Part shown: piece by piece, positions 32,009 through 40,971 of the stretch | How the letters are laid out: every line of letters begins with the position of its first letter | Position numbering within the stretch: the first letter of the stretch is position 1 | IMG/VR virus record: IMGVR_UViG_3300020474_000004 | Coordinates: 16,921-80,920 of that record | Length of the DNA stretch: 64,000 nucleotides | Direction: 5' to 3' (one strand) | Source: a virus | Notes under the pieces: model-generated | Database searches by the model: none | Told to the model about the DNA's origin: nothing | Seen by the model: only the letters and a program-made list of their open reading frames with translations | Program-made: the position numbers and the translations under genes

Positions 32009-35000
32009 ATGGCAGATCCAAAGATTAAGTTTAAGAGGTCGGCTGTAGCCGGTAAAATTCCTACCGCCGCACAAGTTCCATTAGGAGAACTTGCTTTAAA
32101 CACTAACGATGGTCTTCTATATACGTCAAAAGATGTTGGTGCTGGAGCAACAGTCATCGCCGTTAACCCATTTAGGGTAGGCACAGGGACAGATAGTTAT
32201 AACGCATTTTTTACTGCTGGTAATGTTGGTATAGGTTCTACATTACCAACGGCAAAACTTGATGTATCCGGTCAAGTAAATATAACAAATTCAGAATCAC
32301 AAGGTTCTGCTACTACTGGCGCAGTTGAGTTTGATGGGAATGATTCTCTCAGGGTGGTGCATGACTCAGGGTTCAACTTAGGATCAAATAATTTCACTGT
32401 AGAAGCATGGTTTAAATATACTGGAACAATAAGTAATTATCATAGTATCTTCGCATTTTCAGGTGGCAACATCAATATTAGGCTTAGATTATTAAGTGGT
32501 AATGTAAGACTTGATTATAGAATTGCTGCTCTTGGTGCTACTTTATCAGGATCTGATGCTACTGTTGCGCTTTCATCTGGAACATGGTATCACGTTGCCC
32601 TTGTAAGGAATGGTAATAATTTAAATCTTTACTTGGATGGCGTTTCTAAACTTAGTTCAACAACATTTACTCAATCCTTTTCTGATCAAAATGGCGAAGG
32701 ATTTAGTATAGGATCCCATGCAAACGCAACGCCAGGACATTTCTTCCCAGGTGATATTTCTAACGTTCGTCTTGTAAATGGAACTGCTGTATATACTTCG
32801 GCATTTACAGTGCCCACAACACAACTTTCAAATATAACAAATACGAAAGTTCTCTGCTGCCAATCAACAAGTTCAGTCACAGCAGAAGCAACTGGCAAAA
32901 CAATTAATACTACTGGAGACCCATCAGTTGCATCCAGTAATCCAGGATTAACATATACAGCGACTATTAGTGCTCCAAGTCATTTAAATGTATCTGGAAT
33001 AACAACTACATCTGTATTAAAAGTAGGAACTGGTATAACTGCTTCTGGTGGTATTGTAACTGCTACAACTTTCAGTGGTTCTGGTGCATCTCTTACCAAT
33101 CTTCCTGCTGCAAACATAACAGGAACTTTACCAGCAATAAGTGGTGCTAACTTAACGAACTTAAATGCGTCGAATCTTGCTTCAGGCACTGTTCCTGATG
33201 GTAGATTCCCTGCCACACTTCCTGCTGCTAGTGGCGCTAATTTAACAAACTTACCAGCAGCAAATGTAACTGGTACACTTCCTGCAATTAGTGGTGCTAA
33301 CTTAACGAACTTAAATGCTTCTAATCTTGCTTCAGGCACCGTTCCCACAGCAAGAATTCCTACACTCAATCAGGATACAACAGGAACTGCTGCTGGATTA
33401 ACTGGTACTCCAAATATAACAGTTGGAACTGTCACAGGAGCATCTTTAGATATTTCCGGTAACGTTGATATTGATGGAACCTTAGAAGCAGATGCCATTA
33501 CTGTTGATGGTACAACATTAGCAGAAACTATTTCAGATACTGTAGGTGCAATGGTTTCTAGTAATACCGAATCTGGTATTACTGTTACATATCAAGATAG
33601 TGATAATACTCTTGATTTTAGTGTAGCATCACAAACTGATGAAAACTTTACGACTGCTGATCATTCCAAATTAGATGGTATTGAAGCAAGTGCTGATGTA
33701 ACTGACGCAACTAATGTGGCAGCAGCTGGTGCTGTTATGGAGTCAGATTCTACTACTGCAAGTATGAGTTTTGTTGTAGATGAAGATAATATGTCTTCTA
33801 ATTCTGCTACAAAAGTACCAACTCAACAGTCTGTTAAAGCATACGTTGATTCTCAGGTAACGGCACAAGATTTAGATCTTACAACTGATAGTGGGACTAT
33901 CGCTATTGATCTCGATAGTGAAACTCTTACCATTCAAGGTACAACAAACGAAATTGAGACAAGTGCAACTGGTAATACTGTCACTGTCGGTCTTCCCAAT
34001 AATGTAACCGTAGGAAATAATCTTACAGTTGGAAATGACTTGGTTGTAACCGGATCATTAACATATGAAGATGTAACTAATATTGATTCCGTAGGATTAT
34101 CAACATTTAGAGCAGGAGTTAATATCACTGGAACAGCGACCGCAACATTATTTTCCGGTTCTGGTGCATCACTCACCAATCTTCCTGCTGCTAATCTTAC
34201 AGGAACTCTACCTGCTATTAGTGGTGCAAACTTAACGAACTTAGATGCTACCGATCTTGCCTCTGGAACTATCCCAGATGCACGATTCCCAGCAGCACTT
34301 CCTGCGATTGATGGATCTGCACTTACAGGTATCACAGCATCAGGAACTGGTGCTATTGGTGGTCTAACCATTAAGAATCAAAGTGGTGCTGTTGTTGGTA
34401 CTGCAGGTAGTGTTTCTACGATTGACTTTGATGGATCTGCAGGAGTTACTGTTTCTGCTACAACTGGTGCTGCCGGTATTGCTACCGTGCTCATCTCTGC
34501 AGATCTTGTAACAGATACATCTCCACAACTTGGTGGCAATTTAGATCTCAACGGCAATAATATCACTGGATCTGGTAATATTCCTGCTGCTAATGTAACT
34601 GGCACACTTCCTGCGATTAGTATTGGTGGTGACTTATCTATCGTCGATAAGATAGTTCACACTGGAGATACCAATACATCTATTGGATTCCCTTCTGATG
34701 ATAAAATACAACTTGCCACAAATGGATCTCCAAAAATGACACTCGACAACGTAGGTCGCGTGTTGATTGGAACTACAGGTGCTCCATCTGGCACTGATGC
34801 TCAATATAGTAAATTAGTAATTAGAGGAAATACTTCATCGGCCACAGCAGTTGCTTATTTGTCATTAGGAAACGGGAAAACAACATCAGATACAGGAACA
34901 AACGAAAACTTAGGAATACTTACTTTTAATGATAATGATAACGACGCAGGTGAATACGCACGTATTATAGGTGCATCAGATGGTTCGAATGGAACTGACG

Positions 35001-38000
35001 ATTATCCAGGAAAACTGATATTTTCTACAACTGCTGATGGTGGTTCAAGTCCAACAGAAAGACTTCGTATCAACAGCTCGGGTCAGGTGCTGATTGGTGC
35101 CACAAGCGGCGGCGGTTTATTTTCGGTTCATCAGGCTACTAGTTCGACCTCTAATTACATAAACATTACCAATGACGCCACTGGTTCTTCTTCGTGGGCG
35201 AATGGAATGCTCTTGGGTAACAATGCGTCTGGCGATGCATTGGTCTGGCAAAATGAAAACCTAAATTTAATTTTTGGAACCAACAATAACGAGCGGATGC
35301 GTATAACCGCTACTGGAAGAATGGGATTGGGAACCCAAAATCCAACATCAACATTACATGTTAGTGGTACTGTAACTGCTACAACTTTCAGTGGTTCCGG
35401 TGCATCACTCACCAATATTCCTGCTGCTAATCTTACAGGAACACTCCCAGCGATTAGTGGTGCTAATCTCACTAATCTTGATGCTTCAGACCTCGCTTCA
35501 GGCACAGTTCCTGATGGTAGATTCCCTGCCACACTTCCTGCAGCTAGTGGCGCTAATTTAACAAATTTACCAGCTGCAAACATAACAGGAACTTTACCGG
35601 CAATCAGCGGTGCAAACTTAACGAACTTAAATGGTTCGAATATTTCTTCGGGAACAGTTGCTGCCGCGAGGGTTGGTGCTCTTCCCGCAAGTAAAATCAC
35701 TACAGGCACATTTGATGCTGCTAGAATTCCTACTCTTAATCAGGATACAACAGGAACTGCTGCTGGGTTAACGGGAACTCCAAATATAACTGTTGGAACT
35801 GTAACAGCAGCATCTTTAGATATTTCTGGAAACGTTGATGTTGATGGGACACTAGAAGCAGATGCTATCACTATTGATGGAGCAACTCTCGCAGAAACTA
35901 TTTCCGACACTGTAGGAGCAATGGTTTCCAGTAATACCGAAACTGGCATTACTGTTGCATATCAAGATAGTGATAATACTCTTGATTTTTCCATTGGAAC
36001 ATTAAATCAAGATACAACAGGAACTGCTGCACTTGCAGAGGGTCTGACTGGTTCACCTACTATTGGCGTCAGCACAATTACAACTACTGGTAGTGTAGGA
36101 ATAGGTTCCACACTACCAACAGGTAAACTTGACGTTTTAGGTCAAGTAAACATCAAATCTACATCGACCACAACAACATCCGGAATAGCAACATCATATA
36201 CTGGATCTGTTTATCTTGATGGCAATAGTGATTATCTAACAGTTCCTGGTCCTGGAACATTAGCAGCAAGTTCTAACTGGACTTTAGAATGCTATTTCTA
36301 TTGCACTGGTACTTCTAGTGGAACTTATAGAATTGTTGGTGCCAATGAAAGTGTAAATGGATCTCAATATTCTTTTATTAGGATCAGGAATGGTCAGTAT
36401 CAGTTTTTTACTGATAATGCATATAGTAGTACAGTTGGAACTGCTACTTTTAATGCATGGCACCATATTGCATTTACAAAAACTGGAACAACTCTGCGTG
36501 GTTTTGTTGATGGGGTCAAAATTTATGAGGCAACAGACAATAATTCAGATAGTATTACAACATTTGTTGTTGGATGGGGTTATGGAAGTGAATATTTCCC
36601 AGGATATATTTCAAATGTAAGATTTGTAAATGGCACTTCTCTTTACAAAGAGAACTTCACTCCCCAGACAGCAGAACTTACCAAAATTTATAATACTACT
36701 CACCTTTTAGCACAGTCTTCAAGTTCAGCAACTGCAGAAGCGACTGGCAAAACTGTGACTGCTGTTGGCACTGCTGCAGCATCAACAACAAATCCAAGTC
36801 TTGTAAAAGGATTTGATTTGTCTGGTTCTGTTGAACTTGATGGAACTGGTGATTATCTTAGTGTAACTCATTCTGATTTAGCATTAGGTACGGGAGACTT
36901 TACACTTGAATTTTGGACGTACATACACACTCAAAACGCTGGATATGATGCAGTATTTGAAAGTCGATCATCTACTAGCGCAACTGATGGATTTACTATT
37001 GGAAGATTTGGAACTTCTGGTCATGTTAATAAGTTTTCAATGTTTTTCGGTGGAAATTATAGATCAGAAGCAGATACAACAGTTGCAAACAATACATGGT
37101 CTCATGTAGCACTTGTTAGATTTAATGGTACAACTACATTATACTTAAATGGTATAGCAGGGTCCACAACTTATAGTGACTCAAATAATTATAGCAACAC
37201 TTCTGTAAAGATTGGTGTTAATGCAAGTAACTCTAACGATTTTGATGGAAATATCTCCAACTTACGTTTAGTTAAAGGAACCGCACTTTATACATCTAAC
37301 TTCTCCCCAACATTTACTGAACTTACAAATTTACCAAATACAAAACTTCTTGCGTTTCAATCATCAAGTTCTGCAACAGCTGAAGCAACTGGTAAAACTA
37401 TTACTGCTGTTGGTAATGCTGCTGCATCAACAACAAGTCCCGGATTAATCTCACCAAATAGTCTCACTGGTTCTGTTGATTTTGATGGAACAGGTGATTA
37501 CTTAACAGTCGCCGATAGTTCTTTAAATCCAGGAACAGGTGATTTTGCTGTAGAGGCATTTGTTAAATTTGCAAGCAATTCTGGAACTAGAAGAGCAGTG
37601 GTTATGGACACCACTGCATATGGTTCCAATAGTTTAAGTATTCAACAATATAATAATGGATTTGAATTTTATTGTGGTGGTCAAAATCACTATACAAGTG
37701 GTTTTGACATGACAATATGGCATCACGCGCTGATCACAAGAAAGAGTAATACAATAAGATATATTGTCGATGGTAAAATAATAGGAACAGATACTAGTTC
37801 TAACAACATTTATGGTGAACCTACAAATACATTAACTATTGGTGGATATAATAGTGTTTCCAATAGTGAGTATATGGGGGGTTATATTAGTAATGTAAGA
37901 TTAGTTGTAGGTTCTGTTCCATCTGAGTATGAAACGACATCTACATCTGTTGGAACACAAGTATTTACTCCTACAAGAGAAGAATTAACTAATGTTACTG

Positions 38001-39244
38001 ATACCAAGTTTCTTGGATTGCAGTCAGCAAGTTCTGCAACAGCATATGCTGTTTCTCCTGCATCAATCTCTGCTTATGGAGATGCATCAGCATCATCGAC
38101 ATCTCCTGGTTTGGTCAAAGCATATACTAATGCTAGTGGACAAACAACGACCACAACAACAACCTCAGGTAATTTATTAGTAAGTGGCATTACAACTGCT
38201 ACGAATAGAATTGATATTAAGAGTGATGATTCTACACCAGGACGTATTGATTTCTATTGCGAATCCAGTAATGCTCATTATACCCAACTTAGATCTGCTG
38301 CTCATGCAAGTTATTCTGGTATAGCAACAGTAACTTTACCAACCTCAACGGGAACTTTACTTCTTACTGATGGTTCCGGTGCATCACTTACCAATCTTCC
38401 CGCTGCTAATTTAACAGGAACTTTACCAGCAATTAGTGGTGCTAATCTGACTAATCTGGATGCGTCAGACCTTGCCTCAGGTACAGTTCCAGATGCACGA
38501 TTCCCTGCTACATTACCTGCTGCTAGTGGTGCTAATTTAACAAACTTACCAGCAGCAAATATAACTGGGACTTTACCCGCAATTAGTGGTGCCAATCTTA
38601 CAGGAATAGATATTGGCATTGCTGGTGACAGTGGAACTGGTACGGTTAATACCTCACAATCATTAACTATCGCTGGAACATCAAGTGAGATTGTAACTTC
38701 AGCATCTGGACAGACTATTACTCTTAGCCTTCCAACCACAGTTACCAATGATAATTTTGAAACCACTGCTGCTGGTAGAGTTACCACCGGTCTTATTGCA
38801 TCTCAAAATAATACGGATGGATTAACATTAGCAACTGGAGGTGGCAAAAAGTGGTTGGTTGGACGTGCTAATGCAGAAGTAGAACTTTATTATAATAACA
38901 ATTTAAAATTTGAAACCACTAACGATGGTGCAGTTGTAACTGGTATTGTAACTGCCACATCTTTTTCTGGTTCTGGCGCTAATCTTACAAATGTAAACGC
39001 TACTGTTGCTGGTATTAGTACAACAGGAACAAGCACATTTAATCATGTATCTGTCACTGGTGTTGCGACAGTATCAACTGCATTCTATCTTCCACAGTAT
39101 ACAACTACTGCAAGAGACGCAGGTACATTTAATGAAGGTGCAATGATTTACAATACAACATTGAAGAAAATGGAATTCTATGATGGTACTAACTGGGTCA
39201 CTCTACCTGGCGTTACTCTTGGACTTGGTATGGGGGTATTTTAA
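32009..39244 (+). CDS. Long tail fibre protein with four LamG/concanavalin A-like domains and internal repeats
   Basis: N-terminal IKFKRS...GELALNTNDGLLY; four domains with FT.E.[WF]...W.H.A..R/K.....Y.DG...G.ISN.R.V signature; four GASLTN.PAAN.TGTLPAISGANLTNL repeat blocks; C-terminal GAMIYNTT.KKMEFYDGTNW. Confidence 0.88.
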   Translation: MADPKIKFKRSAVAGKIPTAAQVPLGELALNTNDGLLYTSKDVGAGATVIAVNPFRVGTGTDSYNAFFTAGNVGIGSTLPTAKLDVSGQVNITNSESQGSATTGAVEFDGNDSLRVVHDSGFNLGSNNFTVEAWFKYTGTISNYHSIFAFSGGNINIRLRLLSGNVRLDYRIAALGATLSGSDATVALSSGTWYHVALVRNGNNLNLYLDGVSKLSSTTFTQSFSDQNGEGFSIGSHANATPGHFFPGDISNVRLVNGTAVYTSAFTVPTTQLSNITNTKVLCCQSTSSVTAEATGKTINTTGDPSVASSNPGLTYTATISAPSHLNVSGITTTSVLKVGTGITASGGIVTATTFSGSGASLTNLPAANITGTLPAISGANLTNLNASNLASGTVPDGRFPATLPAASGANLTNLPAANVTGTLPAISGANLTNLNASNLASGTVPTARIPTLNQDTTGTAAGLTGTPNITVGTVTGASLDISGNVDIDGTLEADAITVDGTTLAETISDTVGAMVSSNTESGITVTYQDSDNTLDFSVASQTDENFTTADHSKLDGIEASADVTDATNVAAAGAVMESDSTTASMSFVVDEDNMSSNSATKVPTQQSVKAYVDSQVTAQDLDLTTDSGTIAIDLDSETLTIQGTTNEIETSATGNTVTVGLPNNVTVGNNLTVGNDLVVTGSLTYEDVTNIDSVGLSTFRAGVNITGTATATLFSGSGASLTNLPAANLTGTLPAISGANLTNLDATDLASGTIPDARFPAALPAIDGSALTGITASGTGAIGGLTIKNQSGAVVGTAGSVSTIDFDGSAGVTVSATTGAAGIATVLISADLVTDTSPQLGGNLDLNGNNITGSGNIPAANVTGTLPAISIGGDLSIVDKIVHTGDTNTSIGFPSDDKIQLATNGSPKMTLDNVGRVLIGTTGAPSGTDAQYSKLVIRGNTSSATAVAYLSLGNGKTTSDTGTNENLGILTFNDNDNDAGEYARIIGASDGSNGTDDYPGKLIFSTTADGGSSPTERLRINSSGQVLIGATSGGGLFSVHQATSSTSNYINITNDATGSSSWANGMLLGNNASGDALVWQNENLNLIFGTNNNERMRITATGRMGLGTQNPTSTLHVSGTVTATTFSGSGASLTNIPAANLTGTLPAISGANLTNLDASDLASGTVPDGRFPATLPAASGANLTNLPAANITGTLPAISGANLTNLNGSNISSGTVAAARVGALPASKITTGTFDAARIPTLNQDTTGTAAGLTGTPNITVGTVTAASLDISGNVDVDGTLEADAITIDGATLAETISDTVGAMVSSNTETGITVAYQDSDNTLDFSIGTLNQDTTGTAALAEGLTGSPTIGVSTITTTGSVGIGSTLPTGKLDVLGQVNIKSTSTTTTSGIATSYTGSVYLDGNSDYLTVPGPGTLAASSNWTLECYFYCTGTSSGTYRIVGANESVNGSQYSFIRIRNGQYQFFTDNAYSSTVGTATFNAWHHIAFTKTGTTLRGFVDGVKIYEATDNNSDSITTFVVGWGYGSEYFPGYISNVRFVNGTSLYKENFTPQTAELTKIYNTTHLLAQSSSSATAEATGKTVTAVGTAAASTTNPSLVKGFDLSGSVELDGTGDYLSVTHSDLALGTGDFTLEFWTYIHTQNAGYDAVFESRSSTSATDGFTIGRFGTSGHVNKFSMFFGGNYRSEADTTVANNTWSHVALVRFNGTTTLYLNGIAGSTTYSDSNNYSNTSVKIGVNASNSNDFDGNISNLRLVKGTALYTSNFSPTFTELTNLPNTKLLAFQSSSSATAEATGKTITAVGNAAASTTSPGLISPNSLTGSVDFDGTGDYLTVADSSLNPGTGDFAVEAFVKFASNSGTRRAVVMDTTAYGSNSLSIQQYNNGFEFYCGGQNHYTSGFDMTIWHHALITRKSNTIRYIVDGKIIGTDTSSNNIYGEPTNTLTIGGYNSVSNSEYMGGYISNVRLVVGSVPSEYETTSTSVGTQVFTPTREELTNVTDTKFLGLQSASSATAYAVSPASISAYGDASASSTSPGLVKAYTNASGQTTTTTTTSGNLLVSGITTATNRIDIKSDDSTPGRIDFYCESSNAHYTQLRSAAHASYSGIATVTLPTSTGTLLLTDGSGASLTNLPAANLTGTLPAISGANLTNLDASDLASGTVPDARFPATLPAASGANLTNLPAANITGTLPAISGANLTGIDIGIAGDSGTGTVNTSQSLTIAGTSSEIVTSASGQTITLSLPTTVTNDNFETTAAGRVTTGLIASQNNTDGLTLATGGGKKWLVGRANAEVELYYNNNLKFETTNDGAVVTGIVTATSFSGSGANLTNVNATVAGISTTGTSTFNHVSVTGVATVSTAFYLPQYTTTARDAGTFNEGAMIYNTTLKKMEFYDGTNWVTLPGVTLGLGMGVF
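33056..33620 (+). repeat. ~570-bp internal duplication, copy 1 (copy 2 at ~35372-35990)
   Basis: VTATTFSGSGASLTN...PTLNQDTTGTAAGLTGTPNITVG...YQDSDNTLDFS nearly identical in both copies; copy 2 has an extra ~18-aa insert. Confidence 0.85.
35372..35990 (+). repeat. Internal duplication, copy 2
   Basis: See 33056-33620. Confidence 0.85.
38729..38856 (+). repeat. 128-bp direct repeat, copy 2
   Basis: About 92% identical to 30282-30409 by hand alignment. Confidence 0.9.
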
Positions 39245-39247
39245 ATC

Positions 39248-39254
39248 ATAAATA
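39248..39254 (+). promoter_or_regulatory. Late promoter (ATAAATA)
   Basis: Late consensus in the intergenic gap before 39276. Confidence 0.65.
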
Positions 39255-39275
39255 ATTGATATTAACTGTGTTTTG

Positions 39276-40964
39276 ATGGCTAAGAACGGTCGTTGTCCAG
39301 CAGGGCAGTATTACTGTTACACTGATGAAAAGTGTAAACCAATTCCAGCAGGATTCAAGGTAGTTGGTCGTGCTGGAATGCTCCGTAAGGAGAATGGTCA
39401 TTCTGTAGATGATGAAGGCGAAACAAAGAATGGTAATGGAAACGGTAATGGTAATGGCGGTGGTAACGGTGGAGGATCCGTAAGTGAAGCTAACAAAAGT
39501 GGCGATAATTCTTTGCGTGACTGGTTTGGCAAGAGTCGCTCTAGTGATGGCAAGCCTGGCTGGGTTCAGTTGGGTGGCAAGTACGCAGGAAAACCCTGTG
39601 CCAGACAACCAGGACAAACCACAAAACCAAAGTGTGGTTCAAGCAAAATGAAGCGTAACCTCAGTAAAAGCGAGGAAGATGCTGCATTTAGACGTAAGAA
39701 TGCGAAAGATCCAAATCCAGATAGAAAAGGGAAGGCAATCAACGTGAAAACAGAAGAATTTACAACTCTACCATTACAGATTGAAATCCCAACAGAGATA
39801 AGAGATTTTAATCTTGGACTCATGTTCAGAGAAAGTCTGGATACAAATAGTGGAATGTTATTCATCTTTGATGAAGTAGCACAACAATCATTCCACATGA
39901 GAGAGACAAAGATTCCTCTGGATATCGCATTTATCAGAGAAGATGGAATCATCGAAAGTATCAAGCAGTTAGAACCAAATGATGAAACTGCTGTAGAATC
40001 TGATGGAGATATTCTTTGTGCATTAGAAGTAAATCGTGGATGGTTTGCGGAGAATAATGTAGAAGTTGGCGACGAAATTGATATTACAGAGGGTGAGAAG
40101 GATGCTTGTTATCATAAGGTCAAGTCTCGTTATTCGGTATGGCCCTCTGCATACGCTTCAGGAGCATTAGTTAAGTGTCGCAAAGTTGGTGCGAAGAACT
40201 GGGGCAATAAAACTAAGAAGGAGGGATATGATTATTCAAACTGGAGATCTGAGTTTAAACCAACAGAGTATGAAACAATTGATCTGATTACTCCCGATCC
40301 ATTAGAACCAACTGAGGGTATTGGAAGTAAGATGCTTGGTGAGAAGTGCTGGCCTGGTTATAAGAAAAAGGGTATGAAGACGATGTTTGGAAAGAGATAT
40401 CCAAACTGTGTCAAAGCAAATGAGGAGACAGACTGTTCTCATACTAAAAAAGGAAAGGATTGCCCAGTTCATGGTGCAGATGCTTGTCCTGATGATGTGG
40501 AAGAAGCAGTTCAGATCCCAAGAAAGACAGGCAACATTGTCGAAGTATTCTTGACCTGGCGGGGCAAGATGTTGATGATTAAGATGTTCTTCCCATCTGT
40601 GAAGAAACCAAGTCGTTCTGAAGTTCAGGATCAACTTGATAAGGTATATCCAGGTTCTAAGGTAAGTTCTTACAGGGTTTCTGACATCAAACCAGGAGAA
40701 CAGTTTCTACAGACAGAAGGTGCTGCTTGGACAAAAAAAGAAGGTAAGAATAAAAGTGGAGGTCTGAATGAAAAGGGTAGAAAGTCGTATGAACGCGAAA
40801 ACCCAGGAAGCGATCTTAAAGCACCTTCAAAAAAAGTTGGGAACCCTCGTAGAAAAAGTTTTTGTGCGAGAATGAGAGGTATGAAGAAAAAATTAACCTC
40901 TGCTAAAACTGCTAGAGATCCAGATAGCAGAATCAATAAGTCATTAAGAGCTTGGAATTGCTGA
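39276..40964 (+). CDS. Multi-module basic protein with central DUF192-like domain and C-terminal DUF6321-like module; probable internal head polyprotein
   Basis: GLMFRESL...GMLFIF...FHMRETKIPLDIAFI...ALEVNRGWF = DUF192 pattern; flanked by short Lys/Arg/Cys-rich modules; ends RRKSFCARM...DPDSRINKSLRAWNC. Confidence 0.8.
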   Translation: MAKNGRCPAGQYYCYTDEKCKPIPAGFKVVGRAGMLRKENGHSVDDEGETKNGNGNGNGNGGGNGGGSVSEANKSGDNSLRDWFGKSRSSDGKPGWVQLGGKYAGKPCARQPGQTTKPKCGSSKMKRNLSKSEEDAAFRRKNAKDPNPDRKGKAINVKTEEFTTLPLQIEIPTEIRDFNLGLMFRESLDTNSGMLFIFDEVAQQSFHMRETKIPLDIAFIREDGIIESIKQLEPNDETAVESDGDILCALEVNRGWFAENNVEVGDEIDITEGEKDACYHKVKSRYSVWPSAYASGALVKCRKVGAKNWGNKTKKEGYDYSNWRSEFKPTEYETIDLITPDPLEPTEGIGSKMLGEKCWPGYKKKGMKTMFGKRYPNCVKANEETDCSHTKKGKDCPVHGADACPDDVEEAVQIPRKTGNIVEVFLTWRGKMLMIKMFFPSVKKPSRSEVQDQLDKVYPGSKVSSYRVSDIKPGEQFLQTEGAAWTKKEGKNKSGGLNEKGRKSYERENPGSDLKAPSKKVGNPRRKSFCARMRGMKKKLTSAKTARDPDSRINKSLRAWNC

Positions 40965-40971
40965 TCGGTTT

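Noticed and set aside
33056-38600. Fibre repeats as a CRISPR array or invertible shufflon
   Set aside because: Repeats are in-frame, degenerate at third positions and directly oriented; no spacer periodicity and no recombinase
30282-38856. Repeat pair as a diversity-generating retroelement TR/VR
   Set aside because: Mismatches are mostly synonymous and not adenine-specific, both copies are internal coding sequence, and no reverse transcriptase is present in the window
39430-39476. GNGNGNGNGGGNGGG microsatellite as a phase-variable tract
   Set aside because: Codons vary (AAT/AAC, GGT/GGA/GGC), consistent with a protein linker rather than a slippage tract
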